Under the pieces are notes generated by a model. That model was not told where the DNA came from and did not search any database. It saw nothing but the letters and a program-made list of their open reading frames with translations. Below, in pieces: positions 24,056 through 37,990 of a stretch of 64,000 nt of DNA. The position numbers were made by a program, and so were the translations under genes. The DNA is from Mobula hypostoma (Eukaryota), in NCBI RefSeq assembly GCF_963921235.1, contig NC_086108.1, forward strand, positions 53,694,001 through 53,758,000, given 5' to 3'. The number at the start of each line of letters is the position of its first letter. Position 1 is the first letter of the stretch.

Positions 24056-26409
24056 ATGGAAGAGAAGGTGATTAATCTAGGGGAATGCTCATAGGGAAAA
24101 TAAATACAGGCATAGGTCAGTGGGGCTGAATGGCCTGTTTTATGTCTGTTTTTTGAGGTAAAGTGGTTTAATTGGTAATTGGTTTACTACTGTGACATCA
24201 ACTGAGAAAGAGTTGATTGCACGCTGCCCAGAGAGATCATTCCGTACATAAATCTATTGAGTTAGTACATAGGAAAACAATAACAGAATGCAGAATATAA
24301 TATTACAGTTATGGGGAAAATGCAGTGCAGGCAAGCAATAAGATGCAAGGCCATTGCAAGTTAGACTGTGAGATCAGTAGTTGATCATATAAGCGATTCA
24401 GCAGAAGTGTTCACAAATACACGATGCACAGGTGAAATACCAAACCTCTGCATGCTCCCTTTTCATTTAAAACCCGTAATCCAGTTACCTGGCGCTGCCT
24501 CTATGCTCTAGTGTCTTCCCACTTCCCAAAAATTTTCAGGCTGCTAAGTTAGTTGGCAGTTGTAAAATATCCTGGTGTGTAGATGAGTGGTTAATCTGGA
24601 GGAAATAGACGGAAAAGGAGGAAATACATTTCCAGGAGAAATCAGAGAGCTATTGGGATTGCTCGGCAAGCCAGCGTTGATTTATTACCTCCTCCTCTGT
24701 TTTATTGTATCATGTAAATGCATCACGGGTGTATCAAAAATTGTTAATTTGTGATTGTGGAATTGAGGGGTGGTGAAAGGTTCAGACTCAGAATTCAGGA
24801 CATTGATTCTTAACCTGTTTACCTTTGGGTGGGGTGGGAGAAATAGGGAACTTTTCACCTCCTGCCCCTCACCCTGTACAGTGGCAGTTTACCCACAGTG
24901 ATCAGCTCTTGGATGTTAAATGCAAAGGATGCTGGAGGTACCCTAGTGGCTAGGCTAGATCTGTGAGGAAAGATGCAGAGCTGAATTTTAGAGAAAATCA
25001 ATCAAAATGATATTGTTTAATTGTCATTCAAATCTCACACGGATATAGCCGGATGAGAAAACGTTCCTGAGGGGCCAAGGTACAAAAACATACCCATACA
25101 TTCAAAATAATGAGAAATAGGAAAAAAGCACATAGTTACATAAGAAAACAAATTGTAGACCAAGTTCCTGACTGCCTGGCAGCCACAGGGGACAGCACCA
25201 ACGAGAGAGGCCACTCCTAACTGAGCCCGAACGCCACTCTATAACACAAGCCTGAGGGCTGAGGCCTAGTTCTAGTTACAACCGTGGTGGCATTGCCTCC
25301 TCACCGCCTGACTCCCACCAAACAAGGGAAGCTGGCCTGCGGCAATCAGTGTCCAACAGGGTCTTGCGATTGCAAAAGAAACGTCTAAGACAGTCACTCA
25401 CAGTTTCACTGTACGCCACCTTTGATCCGACTTGAAGGCACCAACTCTGGCGCCTCTGAGTACCAGCAGCAGCACAGTCTCCACCCAGGTCAGCTCTTCC
25501 TTTGATTAGTGATACTAACCTTGATTTCCATCAGCAATCCCTCACCATTGCCCTCAGACTGTCGACATGGAGAACTCATCGTGACTTCACAGGTCAGTAC
25601 TGGTCAGTTGTTGCTGGTTGACAGTCACACCCTGCTGGGGTAGAATGTGAACAAATGGATTCTCTTAGAACTGTTAAGACCAGTTCACCAGAGAACCATC
25701 TCCGGATTCCACAGGATCAAAGTTTCGGTGCACTAGCTGTGCTTGAGTTAGTTCAATATAAATGCAACATAAAAATAAACTAATAGTTTGTTTGTAGGTG
25801 GTTGGTGTGAGAAGCACTGTTATAGTAGAGTGTGTATTACTCCAACACACTGAGATAAAATGTTAAGCTTTCTGACAGTGTGATATCCATTTGAAGGAGT
25901 TTATAAATCGCTGAGGTTTTTAAGATGCCTGGAAGTCTGCACCTGTTATGACAGCCTGCTTTCTAGCCATATTCACTGGACATGCATAGATAAACCTTAT
26001 TTTATGCACAGAGTATGTTTGGTTAAAGAGAAATCCATCCTTACTCTCACATTATTCATCAGGTGAATAATTGGCTGCAGGCTGCTAAAAGTGAATAGGT
26101 CAGTGTGGGACAATCTCTGGTTAAGTTTAATAATCATGGAAGTGAGTAATATGAGTTTGTTCATGATGTAAATCTCTCCCAATTCAAACTCGCATTGCTC
26201 GCTTCCATGATTATTAGCCTCCACTCGTTGTTCATGATGAAAATCTGTCCCGTTTCAACAAGTGGAAGTAGGAAGCACTCTGTGCTTGGGTGCAGGTCAT
26301 TCTTGGTATGAAGAAACCTACCTTCCTTAGAGAATTTCGGGATTGCTTCCAGTCAGCAATGTAGATGAGAAGATTTTTCACCTTTATTGAAGCCTTTTTG
26401 ATGGCGGCA

Positions 26410-26600
26410 AAATGTCACAAAGGACCAGCAGAATTCCTCTGTTTATTGAATAGTACCTTGGGGCTTTGTAGTTGAGAGGGCATACAGTTTCAATTAACTC
26501 CTCTGGGCACTCCTTCTCCACTGGACTGTGCTGAAGTGTCTAAAATTCCTTAAATCCACGATCTTCTGATTCCGAGATGTAGTGCTACCACAGGCTGATA
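26410..26600 (-). mobile_element. Old Deu-domain SINE fragment
   Basis: agaattcctctgtttattgaatagtaccttggggctt..gcactccttctccactggactg..cgatcttctgattccgaga. Confidence 0.5.
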
Positions 26601-27654
26601 TGAAAGTAAATCTGTTGCTTTAACCTCTCAAGTAAAAACGCACCCTGGAACATGTCAGTGCAACCTTTCCCATTTTCCACATCTTTTTGTGATCAGTGGA
26701 GATCTAAATCAGATTGTCAAACTTAAGAGCAAAACTCTGAGCTTTAGTGATGTGGATTAATAGGAATAGGATTGAATCTGGTCTTAATCTTTTTCATTTG
26801 GACACTTGCACTCGAGGCTTGTATTTATTACAGCCTTCGTTTCATTCCTACACTGGCCCCAGATGGTATTCTAATCCACGAGATCCTATCTTTGTTGTGA
26901 AAACTTTTATGGAGGTATATTTTCATCACCAACTTTGTTCATTTATACTGGTTACTGTTTGAGGTAAGAACTTATTTGCCCACAAAATTTCCCTGACAAA
27001 AATGCAGTATTAAAATTGATGGGAATTCTGTTTTTGCTTTGGCTTGAAATACAGTTGTTCTCAGAATCACAAAAGATCTTTATTGTGCCACATATACAGT
27101 TTATTAAATCAATAATGTCATTCAGATTGAACAAATACACTCTTATCTCAAAGATCTTGCTCCTTGGACCTGGTAGACTTCTGTATTTATTAAAGCAGAA
27201 CAGGCTGTAATGTGACTAGACATCTTAGGGCATAGAACACATTAGAAATGCACACATGGTCTTTGTTTCTCTTTGTTCTTGCATTCCAGCAACTTGTCCA
27301 GGTGGCCATGTTTTATGAGAGCGTTGAGCGTTTAGCCAAATCTGAGCCTCTCCTCAGCTAATATCCTGACACACCTGTACTTTCCAGCAAGTGACATGGG
27401 ATAGCAATCAGTCAGCAGCCTAGTGCTGGCAAATTACCTCCACTGTCCCAATCATGTCTCTGGCAGCCTGGTGGCCCATTCCCTGTCCTCCTGCCCTCAC
27501 TGTGAAGGGTTCATGTACACTGCATGCTGTAGGTAAATTGGGTTGGATGTAATTTCAATGTTTTTATTAACTAATGGCTTTTCCACAGTATCATTAACAG
27601 TAATTTTTCAATCTGTTTTCTCTGCTCTTTCTCATAAGCAGCAAGGAAAACATA

Positions 27655-27980
27655 AGGGGAACCAGGAGCAGGTCATTTGGCTCCTTCTGTCTGCTTTGCC
27701 GTTCGGTATAAACATTGCTGAACTTTTATTTCTGCTGCAGTTTGCTGCACTAAACTCCACAATTCTTGATTTTAATATCTGAGAATCCTTCATTCTCAAT
27801 CTTGAATGCAATCATTAGGCTCCACGTGCCTCTGGGATAGTGAATTCCAAAGAGTCACTGGCCTCTGGGTGAAGAAATTTCTCTTCCTTCTGATTGTTCA
27901 ACACCCTCAGTGACTCTCAGTTCTAGTCCTCCCTGTGTCAATCCTGCACCTCACCATCAAGCCCCTTAAGGATTTTGAAC
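27655..27980 (-). mobile_element. Old CR1 3' end
   Basis: gaattccaaagagtcactggcctctgggtgaagaaatt = reverse of FFTQR.V..WNS. Confidence 0.65.
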
Positions 27981-28734
27981 TGCAGTGTCAGAATCTAGGG
28001 AAAGCAAAGAAGCAAAGATGGAAAATATATTATTGGCTTATGGAAGTAAATTCCTCAATGGATGGTTAGATCACGATTTTACTGTCATCTTAAAAATTGA
28101 CTTTAAAATCATGATGGGTGGTATGACTACCTGAAGTAGAGCATATATATATACAAAATGTTGTTGTGATTAAGATATTCATGGATGTTAAACTCCCATT
28201 ACATACATGTCCTTCACACTTTTGGGGCAGAGAGATGCATGGACACAGCATCTACTGTAAATGATGAGAAAGGTTAACACTCTCCTCCTTTGAGATTTTA
28301 GAAGTAATGGCGAAAGAATGGTGAAGGTGCCATGCAATGATTCATCTGTTACTGGAGAATTGAACTTTGTTTTAACACATGTTGCACGACTGTGTAGATG
28401 AGATACAGAGGGGATGTTGTTGACCATGAGTCAAGACTGCCAGTGTGAGTTAATGTCTGGTGGCAAAGTAGGGAGGTAGGGATGTGGTGGCAGAAAGCCT
28501 TGCCAAATAAGTGCTATTCATTATTTTAATGACGAGGTCCCTAATAATGTTGTATCGTCTGTGTCTTAGCATTATAAAAGTTGATGTGGTAAAATAAGCA
28601 AAGAACATTCCAAGTACCATTGTTTCAAAAAAAAACCCTGAGAAACTAATTACACAGACAGACTTCGAGCAGTGAAGTGATTGGTGTTCAACGATGTGCT
28701 ATTTGTGGTGAGCCAAACTTGTGTTGATGGTTAA

Positions 28735-29120
28735 GATTCAGCAATCAAGATTGTTTAATGTCATTTCCAGTGCACAAGGTAAAAGGGGACATAATAATTG
28801 TTACTCTTGATCCAATGCAGCACAAACAAAAAAACACAGTAAGGAAAAGAATACAATGATAAAAAAACACAATAAATATGAATACATAAGATAGCTTATA
28901 TACATAGATTGATTGAATGCACATAAATTGACACTAGCTACAGGAGTGCCTTACATAAGGTGACTGACTGGAAATGATAAAGTAGGGGTGGGGTGGTTAG
29001 AGGTGTTGATCAGTCTTACTGCTCAGGGAAAGTAACGACTTCTGAGTCTGGTCATCCTGGCATGTATGCTCCATTGCATCCTCCCTGATGGAAGTGGGAC
29101 AAACAGTCCATGAGCAGCTT
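28735..29120 (-). mobile_element. Rex1/Babar-like 3' end
   Basis: aagattcagcaatcaagattgtttaatgtcatttcc tail; LFVPLPSGRM...ARMTRLRSRYFP on the minus strand. Confidence 0.7.
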
Positions 29121-29129
29121 CTGTGAACA

Positions 29130-29715
29130 TCCAAGTACAAGAGGCAAAAAGACATGATGAACATTACAAAATATTGGTTTAGTCATAGCTGGATTGTTCG
29201 ATCTGATTCTTGGTGACACACTTTAGGAAAGGTGTAAAGGCTTTAGAGAGGGTGCAGCAGAGAGATTTTTTTCAATGATTTTCGAAGTGGCTGACTTTTG
29301 TGAATTAAGAGGAGAAGCTGAGATTGTTCTCCTTGGAACAGATGTGTTTGAGAGGCCATTTGATAGAAGTATTTAAAATCATGAAGAACTTTGACAGACT
29401 TGATATATTCTGTTCCCATTGTCAGATTGTCGAGAATCCGGCAGCCAGGAATGTATGTTCATTACAAGCAAAATCCAAAAGTTTTGTAAAAAAAAGTTAT
29501 TTTTAAACAGTGAATGGCTAGAGTCTAAGATGCACTGACAGGGTTAATAGCAAAAGCAGATTTAAATGTAGCTTTCAAAATGGAGTTGGACATGTATTTG
29601 AAAGGACAGAATGCGCTGGGCTGTGGAGAGAAGGCAGAGAAGTGAGACCAGCTGGGTTGTTCCAAGCGTTAGCAAGGACTTGATTGGGCTGCCTCCTGTT
29701 CTGCAATCATTCAGT
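29130..29715 (+). mobile_element. Old CR1 3' part
   Basis: FRKGVKALERVQ..; LFSLEQMCLRGHLIEVFKIMKNFDR (ORF 29324-29506). Confidence 0.8.
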
Positions 29716-29854
29716 TATACCATACCTCTTTAAAAAAAAAACACAAGCCTGCAAGAAATATAAACTTTAATTAGCACAAAAAGACTCCTTAAATATGGAT
29801 AACATGTGGCTCCCTCCCCCACCTTCAATTCAAAAGATGTGATGTGTTCATATT

Positions 29855-30092
29855 TGAGCATGGTAGCTAGCATAACGTTAATACAATGTTAACAACCCGG
29901 GTTTAATTCTACCACTGTCTGTAATAAATGTTTACATTCTCTCCATGACCATGTGACTTTCCTCCACGCGCTGCCGTTTCCTCCCACTTCCTGGGACGTA
30001 CGGGTTACTGGGTTAATTGGTCACGTGGTTGTAATTGGGTGGCGTGTACACAATTGAGCTGGAAGGGCTTGATACCATGCTGTATCTCTTTC
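29855..30092 (+). mobile_element. V-SINE (HE1-like)
   Basis: acccgggtttaattct B-box remnant, cattctctccatgaccatgtgactttcctcc..gtacgggtt..ttaattggtcac. Confidence 0.8.
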
Positions 30093-30504
30093 AAAAAGCA
30101 AACTGAATCTGCTCTGAGAGACTATGTGGCCACTCTAAGTCATTGATGTCTGAGCCATAACTACTGGTGTTGGTAACAATGCAGGCATTTCAGTACAAAA
30201 TCCTGGCTTAATTTCATTGCAGAACTAAAACACGTCAGAATGCAGCTGATGTAATATTGTTTAAAGATACATTTAAATACTCCTGCCGCGTTTTTTCATT
30301 TTCCCTATAAGTATGCCAATAATTCTGTTAGAATTTGTTAAATAGCTGTGTATTTCAGGTTTGAATGAGTGCGATAATGCTCTGTTGTTCTTTGAGTGAT
30401 CGATACTGAGAGAAAACTGGAACCATTTGATCTTCTAATGGAGTTTTAATCACATATATGTATGATGTTCCCACTACAAAGAGTTCTGTAATGGTAAACA
30501 GAAA

Positions 30505-33066
30505 ATAGAACATAGAACATAGAATAGTACAGCACGGTACAGGCCCTTCAGCCCACAATGTTGTGCTGACCCTCAAACCCTGCCTCCCATATAAGCCCCC
30601 ACCTTAAATTCCTCCATATACCTGTCTAGTAGTCTCTTAAACTTCACTAGTGTATCTGCCTCCACCACTGACTCAGGCAGTGCATTCCACGCACCAACCA
30701 CTCTCTGAGTAAAAAACCTTCCTCTAATATCCCCCTTGAACTTCCCACCCCTTACCTTAAAGCCATGTCCTCTTGTATTGAGCAGTGGTGCCCTGGGGAA
30801 GAGGTGCTGGCTATCCACTCTATCAATTCCTCTTATTATCTTGTACACCTCTGTCATGTCTCCTCTCAACCTCCTTCTCTCCAAAGAGTAAAGCCCTAGC
30901 TCCCTTAATCTCTGATCATAATGCATACTTTCTAAACCAGGCAGCATCCTGGTGAATCTCCTCTGTACCCTTTCCAATGCTTCCACATCCTTTCTATAGT
31001 GAGGTGACCAGAACTGGACACAGTACTCCAAGTGTGGCCTAACCAGAGTGTTATAGAGCTGCATCATTACATCGTGACTCTTAAACTCTATCCCTTGACT
31101 TATGAAAGCTAACACCCCATAAGCTTTCTTAACTACCCTATCCAGCTGTGAGGCAACTTTCAGGGATCTGTGGACATGCACCCCGAGATTCCTCTGCTCC
31201 TCCACGCTACCAAGTATCCTGCCATTTACTTTGTACTCTGCCTTGGAGTTTGTCCTTCCAAAGTGTACCACCTCACACTTCTCCAGGTTGAACTCCATCT
31301 GCCACTTCTCAGCCCATTTCTGCATCTTATCAATGTCTCTCTGCAATCTTTGACAATCCTCTACACTACCTACAACACCACCAACCTTTGTGTCGTCTGC
31401 AAACTTGCCAACCCACCCTTCTACCCCCACATCCAGGTCGTTAATAAAAATCACGAAAAGTAGAGGTCCCAGAACAGATCCTTGTGGGACACCACTAGTC
31501 ACAATCCTCCAATCTGAATGTACTCCCTCCACCACGACCCTCTGCCTTCTGCAGGCAAGCCAATTCTGAATCCACCTGGCCAAACTTCCTTGGATCCCAT
31601 GCCTTCTGACTTTCTGAATAAGCCTACCATGTGGAACCTTGTCAAATGCCTTACTAAGATCCATATAGATCACATCCACTGCACTACCCCCATCTATATG
31701 CCTGGTCACCACCTCAAAGAACTCTATCAGGCTTGTTAGACACGATCTGCCCTTCACAAAGCCATGCTGACTGTCCCTGATCAGACCATGATTCTCTAAA
31801 TACCTATAGATCCTATCTCTAAAAATCTTTTCCAACAGCTTTCCCACCACAGACATAAGGCTCACTGGTCTATAATTACCCGGACTATCCCTACTACCTT
31901 TTTTGAACAAGGGGACTACATTCGCTTCCCTCCAATCCTCCGCTACCATTCCCATGGACAACGAGGACATAAAGATCCTAGCCAGAGGCTCAGCAATCTC
32001 TTCTCTCGCCTCATGGAGCAGCCTGGGGAATATTCCATCAGGCCCCGGGAACTTATCTGTCCTAATGTATTTTAACAACTCCAGCACCTCCTCTCCCTTA
32101 ATATCAACATGCTCCAGAACATCAACCTCACTCATATTGTCCTCACCATCATCAAGTTCTCTCTCATTGGTGAATACCAAAGAGAAGTATTCATTGAGGA
32201 CCTCGCTCACTTCCACAGCCTCCAGGCACATCTTCCCACCTTTATCTCTAATCGGTCCTACCTTCACTCCTGTCATCCTTTTTTTCTTCATATAATTGAA
32301 GAATGCCCTGGGGTTTTCCTTTACCCTACTCACCAAGGCCTTCTCATGCCCCCTTCTTGCTCTTCTCAGCCCCTTCTTAAGCTCCTTTCTTGCTTCCCTA
32401 TATTCCTCAATAGACCCATCTGATCCTTGCTTCCTAAACCTCATGTATGCTGCCTTCTTCCACCTGACTAGATTTTCCACCTCACTTGTCACTCATGGTT
32501 CCTTCACCCTACCATTCTTTATCTTCCTCACCGGGACAAATTTATCCATAACATCCTGCAAGAGATCTCTAAACATCGACCACATGTCGATAGTACATTT
32601 CCCTGCAAAAACATCATCCTAATTCACACCCGCAAGTTCTAGCCTTATAGCCTCATAATTTGCCTTTCCCCTATTAAAAATTTTCCTGTCCTCTCTGATT
32701 CTGTCCTTTTCCATGATAATGCTAAAGGCCAGGCAGCGGTGGTCACTGTCCCCCAGATGCTCACCCACTGAGAGATCTGTGACCTGACCCGGTTCATTAC
32801 ATAGTACTAGATCTAGTACGGCATTCCCCTGGTCGGCCTGTCCACATACTGTGACAGGAATCCGTTCTGGACACAGTTAACAAACTCTGCCCCATCTAAA
32901 CCGTTGGAACTAACCAGGTGCCAATCAATATTAGGGAAGTTAAAGTCACCCATGATAACAACCCTGTTATTTTTGCACCTTTCCAAAATCTGCCTCCCAA
33001 TCTGCTCCTCTGTATCTCTGCTGCTACCAGGGGGCCTATAGAATATCCCCAATAGAGTAACTGCTT
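30505..33066 (-). mobile_element. Young 5'-truncated CR1 LINE, copy 1
   Basis: (TTCTATG)n tail at about 30505-30525, continuous RT ORF, partial APE domain (GIFYRPP, MGDFNFP) with a 1-bp frameshift near 32825 and a TAG near 32620. Confidence 0.95.
30573..32492 (-). CDS. CR1 ORF2 reverse transcriptase, uninterrupted 639-aa portion
   Basis: [67 protein letters not shown]. No ORF1 or promoter, so probably not expressed. Confidence 0.9.
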   Translation of the reverse strand: MTSEVENLVRWKKAAYMRFRKQGSDGSIEEYREARKELKKGLRRARRGHEKALVSRVKENPRAFFNYMKKKRMTGVKVGPIRDKGGKMCLEAVEVSEVLNEYFSLVFTNERELDDGEDNMSEVDVLEHVDIKGEEVLELLKYIRTDKFPGPDGIFPRLLHEAREEIAEPLARIFMSSLSMGMVAEDWREANVVPLFKKGSRDSPGNYRPVSLMSVVGKLLEKIFRDRIYRYLENHGLIRDSQHGFVKGRSCLTSLIEFFEVVTRHIDGGSAVDVIYMDLSKAFDKVPHGRLIQKVRRHGIQGSLARWIQNWLACRRQRVVVEGVHSDWRIVTSGVPQGSVLGPLLFVIFINDLDVGVEGWVGKFADDTKVGGVVGSVEDCQRLQRDIDKMQKWAEKWQMEFNLEKCEVVHFGRTNSKAEYKVNGRILGSVEEQRNLGVHVHRSLKVASQLDRVVKKAYGVLAFISQGIEFKSHDVMMQLYNTLVRPHLEYCVQFWSPHYRKDVEALERVQRRFTRMLPGLESMHYDQRLRELGLYSLERRRLRGDMTEVYKIIRGIDRVDSQHLFPRAPLLNTRGHGFKVRGGKFKGDIRGRFFTQRVVGAWNALPESVVEADTLVKFKRLLDRYMEEFKVGAYMGGRV

Positions 33067-34034
33067 TATAGAGAAAATGCTGATGATACTGGTAGTATGG
33101 ATGCTGAGGGACAGAGTTAAATTTTTGGATTGATGCCTTTCCTCAGAATAGGTCTGTAGTTGTATTTTGCTTTTTACATATGGAGTTTTGATGTGCCTGG
33201 AATAAATGGCAGAAGCTAAGGAGAAGCCAGTGTGGCAGTCAGTATAATTAAGTCACATTGTGCATGAATGAATATGACTGTACTATACTTAGAGGAGTGG
33301 TTGTAAATGCACGTTCTGGGAGTGTTTAATGTGACGGCCTGCCCTGCTGTACCCCTAAGAAGGAGCCAAATATGCCATGTTGCTGTGTCGAGGGCTTACT
33401 TTGCTTTCCAGATTCTCTTCTTAACGTGACCCCATTTCCAGTTCTTTCGAGTTGCTGCCTTTGACCTTTGCATAGAGTGCTCACGCTTAGACGTCTGGCA
33501 CTTGTACAAAAGCTTCCTTAAACAACGCAAAGGGAGAATGCTTGATGAAGCAACAAATGATGTTTAAAACAAACAGTGGCCCAGCAAAATGACCAGTCTT
33601 TTCTCATCAAGAGCACGACAGCCAGTTCAGATGGAAGCTTTTCACACCACACAAAGACTGCTTGTCTATTGGGATTCCTGCTCAATGTGGCAATGTCTTA
33701 GCTTCAATGAACAAAGCACATCTCATGGATATATTGCTCACTATTGTTTGGAATGGTGTATTCCTTCCCCCCTGCTTTAGATCTGGGTGGTGTGGCAGAA
33801 GGCAATGAATTTCGGAAATGTTGATCTTTAGATGCATTGATAAGCTGCTGTTGTAGGCATTAGGTGTTTGCCTTATGACCTCTAGTCCTAATTCCTGTTC
33901 CCTAAAGTAACCTGCTGCAGCTTCTATTGGCCAAGATAAATATATGGGGTTAAATGAGGTTATCCTTGTCAGTACTGAATGATTGAGTTGCTTTTACTTT
34001 AATTAGCATGTAGGAGAAGATACAATAGCTTCAT

Positions 34035-35460
34035 AATAACATAAGAAGTCCGAGCAGGGCTGGGCCATCTGGTCCATCAAACCTGCTCTGTCATTTAATA
34101 AGATTATGGCTGATCTGGCCATGGACATAGCTCCATCTACCTGCCTTTTTCCCATAACCTTAATTTCCCACTATGCAAAACTCAGATCTGTGTCATGAGT
34201 ATACTTAATGAAGCGGTCTCTATTGCTTCCCTGGGCAGAGAATTCCACAGATTCACTACTCACTGGGAAAAGCAATTTCTCCTCATCTCCATCCTAAATC
34301 TATTTCCCTGAATCTTGAGGCTATGTCCTTTAGTTCACATCTCACTTTTCAGTGGAAACAACTTTCGTGCCTCTACCTTATCTATCCCTTTCACAATTTT
34401 ATATGTTTCTATAAGATCCCCCCCCTTATTTTTCTGAATTTCAATATAGACCCTAGTGACTCAATCTTTCCTCATAGGTTAACCCCATCATCTCTGGAAT
34501 CAAAACTGTGAACCTGCTTTGCACCATCTCCAAAACCAATATATCTTTCCTCAAATAAGGAGACCAGAGATGCATGCAGTACTCCATATGCAGCCTTCCT
34601 AGTGCCCTGTGCATTTAACTTCTCTGCTATTAAATTCAATCTCTCTAGCAATGAAGGCCAACATTCAATTTGCCCTCTTTATGTGCCTGCTAACCAACCA
34701 TTTGCGACTCCCACACATATACTCCCAAGTCCCTCTGCACAACACTAATGCTGCAAATCTTTTGCCATTTAAATAATTACCTGATCTTTTAATTTTCCTT
34801 CCAAAGTGGAAGACCTTGTATTCACCAGTGTTGTACAACAGAGTCCTGGGGAGTGTCAATGTTGTGCCTTTGCTCAAGATGGGAAATAGGGATAACACAG
34901 GTAATGATCAGTCAGTGAGCCTTGTGTCAGTGGTAGGGAAGCTGTTGAAGAGGATACTGAAGGATAGGATTCATACCCATTTGGAAAGGCATATCCTACT
35001 TTGGGACAGATCCTTACCCACTCGCCTCGTCTATTGATATCTCTCTGCAGGCTCTCAGCGTGTTCTGCACTGTTTGATTTTCCAGTCAATTTATTGTCAT
35101 CATCAAACTTAAATATGCTACCCTCAGTCCCACCTTGCAGGTTGTTAATATATATCCCGAACAGTTACAGGACCAGCACTGAACCTTGTGGTAGTCTGTT
35201 CAGCACTGACTGCCAACCCATTTATCCCAGTACTCTGTCTTCCATTGGATAACCAATTGTCTATCCTTATGATATATTACCCGAACACCGTGCATCCTTA
35301 CCTTATGGCTAAAGTCTTTTATGCAGTATCTTATCGAATGTCTTCTGGAAATCCAAGTATACAACATACACCTGTTTCCCCCATCCACTGTATTCATTAT
35401 ATCCTCAAAGAACTCCAGTAATTTTCTCAAAAGGATCTCCCCTTCACAAATCCATACTAT
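34035..35460 (-). mobile_element. Older CR1 3' half containing a plus-strand CR1 fragment (about 34840-35000)
   Basis: KLLEFFEDIM..VD (ORF 35200-35430); insert NVVPLLKMGNRD..VSLVSVVGKLLKRILKDRI (ORF 34816-35037). Confidence 0.75.
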
Positions 35461-35462
35461 GT

Positions 35463-35826
35463 CAGTCTGAGGGAACCACTTCTAACCCAATGTTCCCGAT
35501 GTTGGGGAAGTCCAGAACGAGGGGCCACAGTTTGAGGATAAAGGGGAAGCCTTTTAGGACCGAGATTAGGAAAAACTCCTTCACACAGAGAGTGGTGAAT
35601 CTGTGGAATTCTCTGCCACAGGAAACAGTTGAGGCCAGTTCATTGGCTACATTTAAGAGGGAGTTAGATATGGCCCTTGTGGCTACGGGGGTCAGGGGGT
35701 ATGGAGGGAAGGCTGGGGCGGGGTTCTGAGTTGGATGATCAGCCATGATCATAATAAATGGCGGTGCAGGCTCGAAGGGCCGAATGGCCTACTCCTGCAC
35801 CTATTTTCTCTGTTTCTATGTTTCTA
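35463..35826 (+). mobile_element. Young CR1 3' end, different subfamily
   Basis: MFPMLGKSRTRGHSLRIKGKPFRTEIRKNSFTQRVVNLWNSLP, CpG-retaining UTR, (tttctatg)n tail. Confidence 0.92.
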
Positions 35827-37249
35827 ATGAAAGCTTCTAGCATTTTCCCTCCGCTTGGTGCATTCAGAGCTTGTTTGAAATTGTTGTTGACCTGTTTGGC
35901 TTCTCCTTAGTTCGCTTTGTCATAGGGAAATATGTTAATAGAATAAGTGTGACAACCATCAGATGGGATGTAAAGAATGAAATTCCAGAAGAAATGGAGT
36001 TTGCAAATGGTGGAGTTTGAGAGGCCTGCAGGTAAAAGTGCAGAGATTATAGTTTCATTAATGAGGAGCTGTGTAATATTACAGAGTTAGTTTGGAACAG
36101 AGACAAGTTGGTTGAGGACCTTTGTCTTCCAGGTGCTTTTACGTGAGGTTTACCTTCTTGTTTACTTCAGTGAGTGAGTCTTCAATGACTTATGGCTAAA
36201 CCCTCGTGTAGACATGCAGGTATCATCTTGAGTACTATACTTTGCTGTTTTGAGGTTAGGTTCTCATTCATCTTGTAGATTAATTCCACTTCAGCAGGGA
36301 GCTTTGGCAATGAGGTACAGTTTTTCTGGGAGGAAGACTGAAAGTTGATGCCATGCACTGAAGTTTTTTCTGTAGTGGACCAGATGATTAGAATCGATAT
36401 TGTCATTCAGCAGATAGAGAAAGGTAATAGAATTTTTGAAAGAGTCCCTGTAATCTTTGTAATTGACAGATAAAGGATAACGAGGTTGCATGAGCCCACG
36501 TAAAGTGTCCTGTACTTGGATTTGTCTGAAGTGAAAATCACATCCACTGTACCTCTTGCTGGATGGAATTTTCATTGCAATTGCATCTGGAACTCTTGTT
36601 CCATCCAGTCACTATCAACTGCACTCTGTTCTGGAAAAGATCAAAAAGATCTCCTCAGTTCCTGGCTTTCAGTCAGATGGGTCTTCCTTTGGGTAGTGCT
36701 GAAGAATCCATGCATGTTGTGGCTATCAACTACTACTGAATCCCAGGGATCTTTCATCTATTTAGATTACTTTAGGTATTAAGTCTAACCCTTTGTAGAT
36801 CTGTTGCTTTCCATGCAGACATGATTTTTCCAATCTAAGCAAATCTCAAATTTTATCTTGGATCCCCTGCTTGTTCTCATGAAGCTAGCCCTACAGTTTT
36901 CTGAAAGGGAAGTGATGAGCCTCGTCACAGGTGCTGATTACAAAGGATTTCAAGGCATTCTAGGACTGTGGACACAACACAGCTTCTGTTGGTTGGGAGT
37001 TATCAGGTTTTCTGTGTGGCACTGACCAAGTAGAGATGACTTTGCTGGGTGTCCGTGCCATGCTGTATTTCTGTACTTCTCATTAAACAGAGACCAGAGA
37101 TAGCAGATGAAGCAGTGGTTAATCAGCAATTGTCAGCATTTGTTGTAGCTGACATCTCTGTGATCTGCTGCTCGTTCTGTAATGTAATGTCTCAGGTACT
37201 GGGGCTTCGATCAGGGGTGTTTCTATTAGGCCTTGTGCCTGTCTCACTG

Positions 37250-37990
37250 ACAAAACTGGCTGCTTGTTATTACAAGATCAGCAAAGCCCGTAATGATCAA
37301 AATCCATTTTCAAATCTGGGAGCCAACTCCTGGTAAAGACTAACATCAATGACATTATCCATCATTACCACCAGTGTGCCACTAGAGCCTGTGGACAACT
37401 GGAGGAAAAGCCCAAGGCCACAAACTTGACATTAAAGTCATGGCCTCCTGGTGACTGTGATCTCTGGCCTCTATCTCCTTCAGAAGGAGGCTTAAACCTG
37501 TAAGAGGCATTTCTCTGTATTGGAGAAGTACAAGTGTCTCTACAAAGCTCTCCAAATCCACTGGCAGAATAGGCAAACGGTGTCAAGTTTCTCTGACAGG
37601 TCAGTGTCTCCAACATTAAAGCTGGTGTTTGGTCACATTGTCTACTGTGTGCATGGCAGACCTGTGAAACAAGCACTCTGCTCAAAGTGCCACCAGGACA
37701 AGATATTTTCAGGAGAACCAAACAAATTTTAAATAATATTTTCAAAAGTCTCTGCAAAATGGTATCATTCTCGCCAGTTCATGGTTATCTTTGAGTGGTC
37801 TGTGACCACTGGAAATGGTGAAAGAGTACTGATGACTTCTGGTCTCTGCGACAGGAACACAGGGAGACCAAATGCAAACAGTGTTTGGAGGGGAGAACAT
37901 CTCTAAAAGCTCACCAATCCCATCAGATCTCACCTGTCCCACCTGTGGCAGGGTCTAGGGATTCCATATGGGACATTTCTGTCACCACCA
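37250..37990 (+). mobile_element. Old RTE-clade LINE 3' part
   Basis: EKY.CL.K.LQIHWQ.R, FGHIV...RPVKQAL.S and terminal zinc-finger remnant TCPTCGR. Confidence 0.7.

Noticed and set aside
31170..32622. Plus-strand ORFs repeated at 49640-50814
   Set aside because: Antisense shadows of CR1 ORF2.
36133..36173. Possible micro-exon (ttccag|GTGCTT...|gtgagt); similar candidate near 18994-19027
   Set aside because: Splice-like motifs occur by chance at this scale and the peptides are not recognisable.
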